In this document: piece by piece, positions 28,758 through 37,722 of the stretch
Layout: every line of letters starts with the position of its first letter
Numbering within the stretch: the first letter of the stretch is position 1
Assembly: GCA_031261395.1 (NCBI GenBank)
Contig: JAISJT010000004.1
Span: forward strand, 8,675-72,674
Reading direction: 5' to 3'
DNA length: 64,000 nucleotides
Origin: Eubacteriales Family XIII. Incertae Sedis bacterium
GTDB lineage: Bacteria > Bacillota > Clostridia > Peptostreptococcales > Anaerovoracaceae
Program-made: the position numbers and the translations under genes
The notes under the pieces: model-generated
What the model was told of the DNA's origin: nothing
Databases searched by the model: none
The model's input: the letters and a program-made list of their open reading frames with translations, nothing else

Positions 28758-30104
28758 CTATTTTTTCCATTCCGGTTTGGGTATGACCGGATCCGCCGTA
28801 CGATGCTCCGAAGCATCGATCACTTCGAAGACCCCGCTTTGCCACTGACCGATTTGGCCGAGATACATATCTGCCGCGAGCGTATTGTTTGAAAAACGAA
28901 GATGCTCATTCAGCACGGTGTCGAACTCATTGGCCTTCACATAGCTGACAAGCTTTGCATTGTCGATGATGCCGTCTTCATTGAATTCGCCGGCGTTCTC
29001 GATTGCCTGCTGATAGATCTGGCAGACCGAATAATAACAAATGTGGCCCCACCAATCCTGATAGACAGTGCCTTCCGGATTCGGAGTACCATCTTCATTT
29101 CGCCAGAACTCGCCTTTGTCTATCCAATACGATTTGAAGTGTTCACTGTATTCTCTGGCTCGTTCGCTTGATTTTTCATTCCAGGCGCCAATGCCCATGA
29201 TCCCTTCGAATCCGGCCGAGGAATCGTATGATCCGCCGGGACCCATCAGATACAAATCGGGATTGTAGCCGGCCTCGAGCGCATTCGCTGCGATCTCCGC
29301 ATCCTGATCCGGATAGCAGAAAGTCAGAAAGGCCTGGGCCTCAGCCTTTTCGGCCGCAGTGATTGCGAGCGACATATCAACTCCAAGCGTCGAGGGGATT
29401 GGGTATTCGCCTTTGATTTCCACGCCGATCTCTTCCAGCGCCGGTCTGGCAGCGCCCCAATATTCGGCGCCCAAAAGATCGTCAACATAGACGCAAAATA
29501 CAGAAGTGACGCCTTGCGTTTTGAAAAGTTCCGCGATGGCCGGGATTTGGGTCTGCGAAAAATTCAGCACAGTGAAAACGTTCGGTGTCCCCGCAATCAC
29601 TTTCCCGACCTCTGTTCCGGCGCCTTCCCCTGCGATCATCAGATACCCGTATTTCTGCGCTATCGGCGCCGCTGCGAGCAAGAGCATATTCGTGACCGGA
29701 GGCAGAAGGATGTCCACCTTTTCCTCGATACAAAGCTGCTCATAAAGCCGCACCATCGTCTGCGCATCGGACTTGTCGTCATAGATCTTGAGTTCCGCCG
29801 GCAGCTTCTTCCCGATGCTCGGGATATAGATGCCGCCGTCCTTGTTCAGCTCATCGATCCACATCTTGTACTGCGGCCCAAACGCAGTCTGCTCAAAAAT
29901 CGCATTTGCGCCGGTCTGGGAACGAACGCCGCCGACGACGATGGATTGCCGGTCCGTTTCCTGCCAGCCGTCCGCTTCAGGTTCGGTCACAGATGACGAA
30001 TCTTCATCGCCGGAAGCCGGGGGCGCGGCGCCCCCGCAACCGGAAAAAGCAAACATCAGAGCCAACGCAAGCGTTAAAAGGATTGTTCGGTTTTTTTTAC
30101 TCAC
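28758..30104 (-). CDS. HAAT/Liv-type ABC substrate-binding lipoprotein (paralog 2)
   Basis: Lipobox FSGC; IYDDKSD, LYEQL, VDILLPP; shares long motifs with 33604-35031. Confidence 0.9.
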   Translation of the reverse strand: MSKKNRTILLTLALALMFAFSGCGGAAPPASGDEDSSSVTEPEADGWQETDRQSIVVGGVRSQTGANAIFEQTAFGPQYKMWIDELNKDGGIYIPSIGKKLPAELKIYDDKSDAQTMVRLYEQLCIEEKVDILLPPVTNMLLLAAAPIAQKYGYLMIAGEGAGTEVGKVIAGTPNVFTVLNFSQTQIPAIAELFKTQGVTSVFCVYVDDLLGAEYWGAARPALEEIGVEIKGEYPIPSTLGVDMSLAITAAEKAEAQAFLTFCYPDQDAEIAANALEAGYNPDLYLMGPGGSYDSSAGFEGIMGIGAWNEKSSERAREYSEHFKSYWIDKGEFWRNEDGTPNPEGTVYQDWWGHICYYSVCQIYQQAIENAGEFNEDGIIDNAKLVSYVKANEFDTVLNEHLRFSNNTLAADMYLGQIGQWQSGVFEVIDASEHRTADPVIPKPEWKK

Positions 30105-30121
30105 ACCACGCTCATTCTGTT

Positions 30122-30832
30122 TTAGACGCCCAGATACGCTTGCTTGATATAATCGTCTTCGAGCATAGCATGACCCTCGCCTTCTTTGACGATCCGTCCA
30201 TTTTCAATAACGTAGGCATAATCGGCAATTTCAAGCGTCTGATATACATTTTGTTCGACCAAGAGCACCGTGATTCCCTCACTGTGGAGCTGTTTCACGA
30301 TCTTGAACACCTCCTGCGCCATCTTCGGAGACAGTCCGTAGGAAAGCTCGTCAAAGAAGCACATGGTCGGATTGCTCATCAAAGCGCGCCCCATCGCGAG
30401 CATCTGGCGCTCGCCGCCGCTCATCGTACGCGACAGCTGGCTCCTCCGCTCATCGAGGATCGGAAACATCCCGTAGATCCGTTCGAGATCCGGCTTTCTG
30501 TTTTTCCAAAGCGTGCTTGGGTATGCGCCCATCTCAAGATTTTCCTTGATCGTCATTTCGGGGAAGAGACGCCCGCCTTCCGGCAGATAGGCGATCCCCT
30601 TTTCGATGATCTTGTCACTCGGCAGATTGTCGATGCGCTCGCCCTTGAAGGTCACCTCGCCCGAGGTAGGCTTCAGCATTCCCGTCATCGTGTTCAGGAG
30701 AGTCGTCTTGCCTGCGCCGTTGGCGCCCAGCAGAGCCACGATCTTTCCCTCTTCGACATGGATGCTGACATCCCACAGCGCCTGTACGTTGCCGTAACTG
30801 ACATTGATATTGCTGACTTCCAACATGGCCAT
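30122..30832 (-). CDS. LivF-like ABC ATPase
   Basis: GANGAGKTT, PEGGRLF, MSGGERQMLAMGRALM, LLVEQN. Confidence 0.93.
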   Translation of the reverse strand: MAMLEVSNINVSYGNVQALWDVSIHVEEGKIVALLGANGAGKTTLLNTMTGMLKPTSGEVTFKGERIDNLPSDKIIEKGIAYLPEGGRLFPEMTIKENLEMGAYPSTLWKNRKPDLERIYGMFPILDERRSQLSRTMSGGERQMLAMGRALMSNPTMCFFDELSYGLSPKMAQEVFKIVKQLHSEGITVLLVEQNVYQTLEIADYAYVIENGRIVKEGEGHAMLEDDYIKQAYLGV

Positions 30833-30834
30833 GG

Positions 30835-31647
30835 CTACGCCTCCCCTCCGAGATAGATCTCTATGACTTCCGGGTTGTTTGCGATCTCATCCGGCGTACC
30901 TTCCGCGATCAGCCGACCGTGGTGCAGTACGATGATGCGGTCACAAATCGCCATGATGGCTTTCATAACATGTTCGATCATCAGCACCGTGATACCGCCG
31001 CTTCGGATCTTTCGCACCAAGGCCATAGCCTCGTCCACTTCGGCGGGATTGAGGCCCGCCATCAATTCATCGAGCATGATGACCGTCGGCTTTGTCGCCA
31101 GCGCACGCGCGACCTCAAGCTGTTTCTGGATGGCCAGCGGCAGATCCGGCACCGCCATCTTCAGATATTTTTCGAGGCCTACGAACTTGATGATCTCTTC
31201 CGTTTCTATGTCGGCCTGCTCATAACTCTTGCCTTTGATACCAAACAGCGCACCTATCCGGATGTTGTCGAAGATATTCATATCCGGAAAGTTTTTTGCC
31301 GCCTGAAACGTACGACCGAGGCCGAGATGGCAAATCCTGTCCGGATTGAGCCCGCTGATTTTGACGCCGTTAAAGGTGATCGTGCCAACGTCGATCGGCA
31401 GGAAACCGGAGACCAGATTGAACAACGTGGACTTCCCTGCCCCGTTCGGGCCGATCAGTCCGAGGATCTCGCCCTCGCGCAGTTCAAAATCAACGCAGTC
31501 TACGGCGGTCATCCCGCCAAAACGTTTCGTGAGATTCGTTCCGACGATCACCGCATCCGCATCCGGTACAAATGTACTCTTCTCATCGCAGCCGCAATCT
31601 GCAGCCGCTTCTTCTTCCAATAGGATTTCATTCAAATCAGACATCAC
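30835..31647 (-). CDS. LivG-like ABC ATPase
   Basis: GPNGAGKST, RTFQ, LDELMAGLN, IEHVM, EGTPDEI, YLG. Confidence 0.93.
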   Translation of the reverse strand: MMSDLNEILLEEEAAADCGCDEKSTFVPDADAVIVGTNLTKRFGGMTAVDCVDFELREGEILGLIGPNGAGKSTLFNLVSGFLPIDVGTITFNGVKISGLNPDRICHLGLGRTFQAAKNFPDMNIFDNIRIGALFGIKGKSYEQADIETEEIIKFVGLEKYLKMAVPDLPLAIQKQLEVARALATKPTVIMLDELMAGLNPAEVDEAMALVRKIRSGGITVLMIEHVMKAIMAICDRIIVLHHGRLIAEGTPDEIANNPEVIEIYLGGEA

Positions 31648-32611
31648 CGATCACCTCCCCGTCAAAGCCTCTTTTTCTTCTGGCGATAATCGTATCAATG
31701 ACGCCAAAAATACCCTTGGGCATTAATAGTATCACCGCGACCATCACACAGCCGAAGATGATCATGTAAGCGCCCGGCAATTCCCGGAGCAGATAATCTT
31801 GCAGCGAGTAGAAGACGATCGCCCCGACGATCGGGCCGTAGACGCTGTGCGTGCCGCCAAAGATGGCCATCAGGACCGGCATGAAGCTGGCGAGCAGCTT
31901 GAACGCGATGTCCGGATCGACATAGCCGATCGTAGTAGCCATCGCCGCACCGACCGCGCCGACCGGAGCCGCGCTGACCGCGAAAGCCAGCACCTTTGTC
32001 ATCGTCGTATTGACGCCGACGTGCTGGGCGCTGTCCTCGTTTTGCCCGATGCAGTCTAAGGCGAGGCCAAACCGCGATTTGTTCATGGGGATCACGACCA
32101 AAAGGAAGATCGCGAAGACAACCAGTACGCAATAGTAAACCGTCAAATTGTCATAGGCCAGCACCATATGTCCCTTCGTATGAAAAAATTTCACCTCATA
32201 CCAATGGATGAATTTGTTCAGGAACAGCGACAGGCCAAAAGTGAAGATCGTAAAGTACACGCCGCGCAGCCGGAGTGTTACGAGGCCGATCCCGAAAGCG
32301 ACGCCAAACGAGGCCGCCGCTGCGATGATCATCGAAACGACGATCGGCAGATTCGAGCCCAGCGCCGCCTGTACGTACATCCCGGTGCCGTAAAAAGCCG
32401 CCGACGCCAGCGAAACATAGCCCGTCTTACCCGAGAACAGCGTCCACGCCAGCGACATGACCGCATACGTGATGACCCAAGCGAGGAAGAGGGGCAGATA
32501 GGCGCTCCCGAAATTCGGAACGAAGAATAGCACGACGATCGCGATGATGATTGCGAAAAATTGGATTTTTGCAGCCTTACCGCCAAAAAATGATCTCTTT
32601 AATAATTCCAT
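31637..32611 (-). CDS. LivM-like ABC permease
   Basis: GYVSLASAAFYG, LRLRGVYF, SRFG, GPIVGA, PKGI. Confidence 0.92.
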   Translation of the reverse strand: MELLKRSFFGGKAAKIQFFAIIIAIVVLFFVPNFGSAYLPLFLAWVITYAVMSLAWTLFSGKTGYVSLASAAFYGTGMYVQAALGSNLPIVVSMIIAAAASFGVAFGIGLVTLRLRGVYFTIFTFGLSLFLNKFIHWYEVKFFHTKGHMVLAYDNLTVYYCVLVVFAIFLLVVIPMNKSRFGLALDCIGQNEDSAQHVGVNTTMTKVLAFAVSAAPVGAVGAAMATTIGYVDPDIAFKLLASFMPVLMAIFGGTHSVYGPIVGAIVFYSLQDYLLRELPGAYMIIFGCVMVAVILLMPKGIFGVIDTIIARRKRGFDGEVIGDV

Positions 32612-32615
32612 CGCG

Positions 32616-33482
32616 CTACCTCCCCATCAGGCCCTTAGGCCGTACAATCAAGAGCACAAGGACGATGAGATAAAACACCGACAACATGAATCCCGAATCG
32701 TATACGCTGACCGCAAACCCGACATATCCGAGGATGAAACCACCGAGGATCGCGCCCTTGACGCTGCCGAGTCCGCCAAGCACGACGATGATGATCGCGA
32801 TCGTGGTATAGCCGAGTCCGGATATCGAAGTGAACGGCTCCTTCATGCTGATCAGCACGCCCGCACAGGCAGCGAGTACGCCGCCGATGGCAAAGCACAG
32901 CGCCATGATCGTGTTGATGCGCACACCGAGCATCGCCGCCGCCGCAGGATCCTGTGCCGCAGCACGAATCGCCTTGCCGAGACGCGTCTGTGAAAGGAAT
33001 AGATTGTAGGCGATGCAAATCAACACCGCAATTAAAAGTACGACTAAGTTTCCCGCAGAGATATCAGCCGGGCCGATTTTGACGGAATACGGCATGAACT
33101 GGTACGCCGCAGTGGCGGAGCCCCAATGTGTCTGCATGAGGTTTTGTACGATGAAATAGATGCCAAACGCAGCAAGGATCGCGTTGCCCTCAAAGGCGCC
33201 GTCGTTCGCGGAAATATCCTTGACCCGCTTGTACAGGGTTCTGTGCAAGGCAAATGAGATGACGAACACGACAGGTATTGCGACCGCGAAACCCACAAAA
33301 GGAGCCGTATGGTTCTTTGTGACCAAATCCAAGGTGATGAAAGCCGCAAGAATGATAAATTCGCCGTGCGCGATGTTGAGGATGCGCGCGACGCCGTACT
33401 GTGTGTTCAATCCCATTGCTACAAGCGCGTAAACGCTGCCGAGGACACATCCATTGATCAAGATGGATATAAAAAGTGTCAT
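32616..33482 (-). CDS. LivH-like ABC permease
   Basis: YALVAMGL, LNIAHGEF, TRLGKAIRA, VVLGGLGS, RPKGLMG. Confidence 0.93.
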   Translation of the reverse strand: MTLFISILINGCVLGSVYALVAMGLNTQYGVARILNIAHGEFIILAAFITLDLVTKNHTAPFVGFAVAIPVVFVISFALHRTLYKRVKDISANDGAFEGNAILAAFGIYFIVQNLMQTHWGSATAAYQFMPYSVKIGPADISAGNLVVLLIAVLICIAYNLFLSQTRLGKAIRAAAQDPAAAAMLGVRINTIMALCFAIGGVLAACAGVLISMKEPFTSISGLGYTTIAIIIVVLGGLGSVKGAILGGFILGYVGFAVSVYDSGFMLSVFYLIVLVLLIVRPKGLMGR

Positions 33483-33521
33483 AAATCCTATCTCCTGTTA
33501 TTTGCGACCGACCGCATTTAC

Positions 33522-33557
33522 AAAAACCCTCGGAAACGCACGAGGCGTTTCCGGGGT
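33522..33557 (-). terminator. Internal terminator between first binding-protein gene and permeases
   Basis: Minus strand accccggaaacgc-ctcgt-gcgtttccgagggt followed by tttt. Confidence 0.75.
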
Positions 33558-33603
33558 ATTACAAACCGATAGATCGTCAGATATGCAATGGTTGTCTAGA
33601 CAA

Positions 33604-35031
33604 TTAGTTCGAAGGCCATGCCGGTTTCGGATAGATCGGATCCGCCGTCCTGCGATCGTCAACGTCCATAACTTCGAAGATCCCGTTCTGCCACTGGCCG
33701 ATATTGCCGAGGTACATCTCGTCTGTCAGGATGTTGTTCGTAAAGCGCAGATGCTCATTCAGCACCGTGTCAAACTCGTTTTCCTTCGTGTACTGAACGA
33801 GGAGTTCCTGGTCAAGCTGTCCGTCATCGGTCAGCGAGCCGGCGTTTTCAATGGCCTGCTGGTAGATCTCGCAGACGGAGTAGTAGCTGGCGTGACCCCA
33901 CCAATCCTGGAAGACGGTACCGTCAGGATTTGGAGAACCATCGGCATTGAGCCAGAAATCGCCCTTTTCGATCCAGTAATTGCGGAAGTGCTCGCTGTAC
34001 TCTTTGGCGCGGTCGCTGGATTTTTCGTTCCAGCCGCCCCAGCCGAATACGCCTTCCATGCCGGCATTGCCGAGAGCTCCGAAGAGTGCGCCGCCGATGA
34101 AGTCATAAGATCCGCCCGGTCCCATCAGATAGAGGTCGGGATTGTAGCCGAGCTTGATCGCGGAAAGTGCAATCGGAATGCCCTGATCGGGATACGTGTA
34201 AACGAGGAAGGCGTCCGCGCCGGACTGTTTCGCCGCATTGATGATGGCGTCGCCGTCAAAACCGCCGGTCAGCGGAACAGACTGCTCACCCTTGATTTCG
34301 ATGCCGATTTCTTCAAGTGCAGGCTTCGTGGCGCCCCAGTACTCAGTACCGTGCAGCGCATCGATGTAAGCGCAGTATACGGACGTGATGCCGACTTCTT
34401 CAGCAAACTTCACGAAGGCCGGAACCTGTGTCTCGGAATAGCCAAGCACTGAGAAGATGTTCGGGTTTTGGTCAAGATACTGCTCGAGCTCTTTCGCACC
34501 GCCCTCACCGGCGATCATGTAGTAGCCGTACTTCTGGGCGATAGGTGTGCAAGCGAACAGCGCTTCTGTGCTGACGGGGGGAAGCAGGATGTCCGGCTTC
34601 TCGTCGACGCAGATCTGTTCAAACAGCTGTGTGGTCTTGGCGAGGTCGGAACCGTCGTCATAGACTTTCAGGTCGAGCGGGACTTTGCGGTCGAGCGACT
34701 TGACATAGAGACCGCCGTCCGCATTCAATTCGTCGATCCACATCTTGTACTGCGGACCAAAAGCCGTCTGCTCAAAGATCGCGTTCGTACCCGTCGAAGA
34801 ACGGACGCCGCGAACGATGAGCGCATCCTTTGTCGCATCGGACTGACTGCCCGTTTCGACAAGTTCTCCGGATGCAGCCGGCGGAGCTTCTGCTGTTGCC
34901 GAACCGTTGTCTGCCGGCGCCGCAGGGGTATCGGTACTGCTACCGCCACCGCCACCGCAGCCGGAGAGGGCAAAGACCAGGACCGTTGCCAGGGCCAAGA
35001 TCAGTGCAAGTGATTTTTTCTTCAAATTCAT
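33604..35031 (-). CDS. HAAT/Liv-type ABC substrate-binding lipoprotein (paralog 1)
   Basis: Lipobox LSGC, low-complexity linker, VYDDGSD, PDILLPP; SD AGGAGG. Confidence 0.92.
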   Translation of the reverse strand: MNLKKKSLALILALATVLVFALSGCGGGGGSSTDTPAAPADNGSATAEAPPAASGELVETGSQSDATKDALIVRGVRSSTGTNAIFEQTAFGPQYKMWIDELNADGGLYVKSLDRKVPLDLKVYDDGSDLAKTTQLFEQICVDEKPDILLPPVSTEALFACTPIAQKYGYYMIAGEGGAKELEQYLDQNPNIFSVLGYSETQVPAFVKFAEEVGITSVYCAYIDALHGTEYWGATKPALEEIGIEIKGEQSVPLTGGFDGDAIINAAKQSGADAFLVYTYPDQGIPIALSAIKLGYNPDLYLMGPGGSYDFIGGALFGALGNAGMEGVFGWGGWNEKSSDRAKEYSEHFRNYWIEKGDFWLNADGSPNPDGTVFQDWWGHASYYSVCEIYQQAIENAGSLTDDGQLDQELLVQYTKENEFDTVLNEHLRFTNNILTDEMYLGNIGQWQNGIFEVMDVDDRRTADPIYPKPAWPSN

Positions 35032-35249
35032 TTACATTTCCTCCTATTTTTCCGATAACTGCCTTCGATACTACGTTCAACGCGCGTGTTGCGCGGCCAA
35101 ACCCACACCTTATTCGGACAAGCCTTTCTTCAAAAGTGTCCCGAATTGACACTATCTATGAATATGGGGATTCTACTACCTCGCCGCTGTGATTGCAAGA
35201 AAAATTATGCCAATGGTAAAACATACCATAATATTCATGTGTAATCATT

Positions 35250-35819
35250 TCAGGAATCTGCTGCCTGTTCGTTGATCAGCCTCCTCAGTTCCCGCGCCTG
35301 CTCCGCACGCACCGTCCGGTAGGCCTCTCCGTGCGCTCTGGCATCGGCTTCTTTAATATCGAGCAGCATCAGGACGCCGCCCGTCCCCAAGCGGGTGATC
35401 CAAGTCCGGAGTTCCCCGGGAAGAATGTCCTTGTCATGTATACGGATCAAGTCCGATAGAAGCATCACAGTCTCTTCCTCAAATCCAAGCGCACGAAACC
35501 TGGGCGCAGCAATTTCTGCGCCGATTTCTTCATGTTTGCGAAAATGCGCGACGCCATCCGGTCCGACCCGGTAGGTCACAGGCTTCCCGATATCATGCAG
35601 CAACAGGGTCAGTCGCACCAGCGGATCTTTCGGGGCGAAAGCAACACAATGAGCGGTATGTACCCAGATGTCATATTGATGATGCGGATTGCGGTGATCC
35701 AATCCGACCATCGGCAAAACCTCCGGCACGATTTCCGCGACTTCCGCTGCCCCCAAAACCAAACGGGCATACACATCGTCCCTCATAAGAAATTCCAGCA
35801 ATTCGTCTTTGTCCTGCAT
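35250..35819 (-). CDS. Stand-alone HD-domain protein resembling the C-terminal part of CCA-adding enzymes
   Basis: NPHHQYDIWVHT, LLHDIGKP, HFRKHEEIGA, ADARAH; no nucleotidyltransferase head. Confidence 0.8.
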   Translation of the reverse strand: MQDKDELLEFLMRDDVYARLVLGAAEVAEIVPEVLPMVGLDHRNPHHQYDIWVHTAHCVAFAPKDPLVRLTLLLHDIGKPVTYRVGPDGVAHFRKHEEIGAEIAAPRFRALGFEEETVMLLSDLIRIHDKDILPGELRTWITRLGTGGVLMLLDIKEADARAHGEAYRTVRAEQARELRRLINEQAADS

Positions 35820-35849
35820 TTGTTTATCATACCATGATAAAATGAAGAT

Positions 35850-37697
35850 ATGACACAGAAGATCGGTTTCATCGGAACGGGAAAAGCCGCGTATAGCCTC
35901 GGCCGGCATATCGCCTCGCTTGGCGGGCCTGATTATGCGGTGTCGGGCTATCTCGGCAAATCCGAAGCGGCCTCAGCTGAGGCCGCCGCCTTCGTCCATG
36001 CGGAAGCTTTCCCGAATGCGGACGCCCTGTTCGCGGCGTCGGATCTGATCATCTTTGCCGTACCGGACGGCTCCATTGCTTCGGTATGGAAGAGCGTAAG
36101 GGACACGGCGATCGCCTCGGGCAAAACGGCAGCCCACCTGAGCGGCCTGCATTCTTCCCTGATCTTCGAGGGGGCCAACAGCGACAGAGCCGGATCGATC
36201 CACCCGATCGCCGCCCTCTTTGACAAAAAAACCGCCTATACAAAACTCAAAGGCGCCTATTTCACGGTCGAAGGAGGGGAGACTTTCTGCGGGCTCGCGG
36301 CAGGACTGCTTGCGAAATTAGGCAATCCTTTTGCCCTGATCGACGCCGACAAAAAAGCCCTCTATCACGCTGCATCGGCAGCCATGAGCAATCTCGTTTG
36401 CGCGATCACCTACGCAGGTGCATCATTATACGAAAACTGCGGGCTCCCGCCGGACTTCGCGGAAAACGCCTGGCGTTCGCTCTTTTTGGAAAACGCGAAA
36501 AACGTTGCGGAATACGGCCCCGTGCAAGCGCTGACCGGACCGCTCGAACGCGGAGACGCAGACACCCTCGCCCGGCACCTCCGCGCCATCACAGCATACG
36601 ATCCCCGCTACGCGGACGCCTATCTCGCGCTGTCAACCATTTTACTTGACGCCGCCCGCAAAAAACACCCGTCTCGCGATTACAAAGAAATAGAGCTGTT
36701 ATTGCAGCCGCCGCTGTCAGCGCCCGCAGACACCTGTCATTCGCCGACAGACACCTGTCATTCGCCGACTCGATCGGCGAATCCATGCAAATCATCCGTC
36801 ATGGATTCGCCGATCAAGTCGGCGAATGACGACGTATGTATCATCAATAATATCGAAGAAATGAAAACCGTCTGTGCCTCAGCGCGCCGGGCCGGAAGGC
36901 GCATCGGCCTTGTCCCGACAATGGGCGCACTGCACGAAGGGCATCTCTCCCTGATTCGGCGCGCGGCGGACGAGTGCGATCTTGTCATCGTCAGCGTCTT
37001 TGTCAACCCGATTCAGTTTGATGATGCAAGCGACCTCGCGCGCTATCCCAAAAACCTCGGCGCCGACGCGCGCATGGCCGCAGGCGCCGGCGCCGATCTC
37101 GTCTTTGCGCCCACTGTCGCTGAGATGTACCCCGATGGCTTCTCGACCTTCGTCGATATGACAGGCGTTTCCGAGCGGCTTTGCGGCGCCTCAAGGGAAG
37201 CGCACTTCCGCGGCGTCTGCACAGTAGTTACAAAACTCTTTCATATCATGACCCCAGACCGGGCCTACTTCGGAGAAAAAGACGCCCAGCAGCTTGCTGT
37301 CGTACGCAAGATGGCGCGAGAGCTGTCCATGCCTGTGACGGTCGTAGGATGCCCAACGGTACGCGAACCGGACGGCCTGGCAATGAGCTCACGCAACACA
37401 AGACTGTCACCACAGGAAAGAGCCGCCGCAAGCTGCCTATATGCCGCCCTACAAGAAGCCGCCAAAAGTTTTGCCGCAGGCGAAACCAGCCCCGAAAAAC
37501 TCCGCGCCGCAATAAAAGCCCGCATAGAAAGCGACCCGCAAACACATACCGAAAGCGAGCCAAGCATCCAAATAGATTACATAGAAATCATTGATCCGGA
37601 AACATTCACCCCCGCCGACCCGGTCAAGCAAGGCGACATAGCCGCCATAGCCGTCTACATCAACCACGTCCGCCTCATCGACAACACACGTTTTTAG
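35850..37697 (+). CDS. panC: Fusion: Rossmann/DUF2520 (PanG-like ketopantoate reductase) + pantoate-beta-alanine ligase
   Basis: N half IGFIGTGKA, AVPDG, HLSG, SIHP, KALYHAA, ALTGPLERGD; C half VPTMGALHEGHLSL, VFVNPIQF, HFRGV, FGEKDAQQ, REPDGLAMSSRN, VRLIDN; one open frame. Confidence 0.9.
   Translation: MTQKIGFIGTGKAAYSLGRHIASLGGPDYAVSGYLGKSEAASAEAAAFVHAEAFPNADALFAASDLIIFAVPDGSIASVWKSVRDTAIASGKTAAHLSGLHSSLIFEGANSDRAGSIHPIAALFDKKTAYTKLKGAYFTVEGGETFCGLAAGLLAKLGNPFALIDADKKALYHAASAAMSNLVCAITYAGASLYENCGLPPDFAENAWRSLFLENAKNVAEYGPVQALTGPLERGDADTLARHLRAITAYDPRYADAYLALSTILLDAARKKHPSRDYKEIELLLQPPLSAPADTCHSPTDTCHSPTRSANPCKSSVMDSPIKSANDDVCIINNIEEMKTVCASARRAGRRIGLVPTMGALHEGHLSLIRRAADECDLVIVSVFVNPIQFDDASDLARYPKNLGADARMAAGAGADLVFAPTVAEMYPDGFSTFVDMTGVSERLCGASREAHFRGVCTVVTKLFHIMTPDRAYFGEKDAQQLAVVRKMARELSMPVTVVGCPTVREPDGLAMSSRNTRLSPQERAAASCLYAALQEAAKSFAAGETSPEKLRAAIKARIESDPQTHTESEPSIQIDYIEIIDPETFTPADPVKQGDIAAIAVYINHVRLIDNTRF
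36727..36830. repeat. TGTCAT palindrome pair plus 21-bp tandem duplication forming the panG-panC linker
   Basis: (cagacacctgtcattcgccga)x2; full element 36756-36785; inverted copy 36802-36830. Confidence 0.9.
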
Positions 37698-37721
37698 GCC
37701 GCTGCCGCAGGCTGCAGCGGC
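37698..37721. terminator. Hairpin between convergent panC and modC
   Basis: gccgctgc-N8-gcagcggc; no clear U tract. Confidence 0.45.
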
Positions 37722-37722
37722 G

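Noticed and set aside
35193-35213. Sigma-54-like TGGCA...TTGCA upstream of the ABC operon
   Set aside because: 13 nt between GG and GC rather than the required 10
35032-35249. Cobalamin riboswitch or T-box ahead of the transporter/corrinoid operon
   Set aside because: No B12-box or T-box consensus seen by eye; an Infernal scan would be needed to exclude fully
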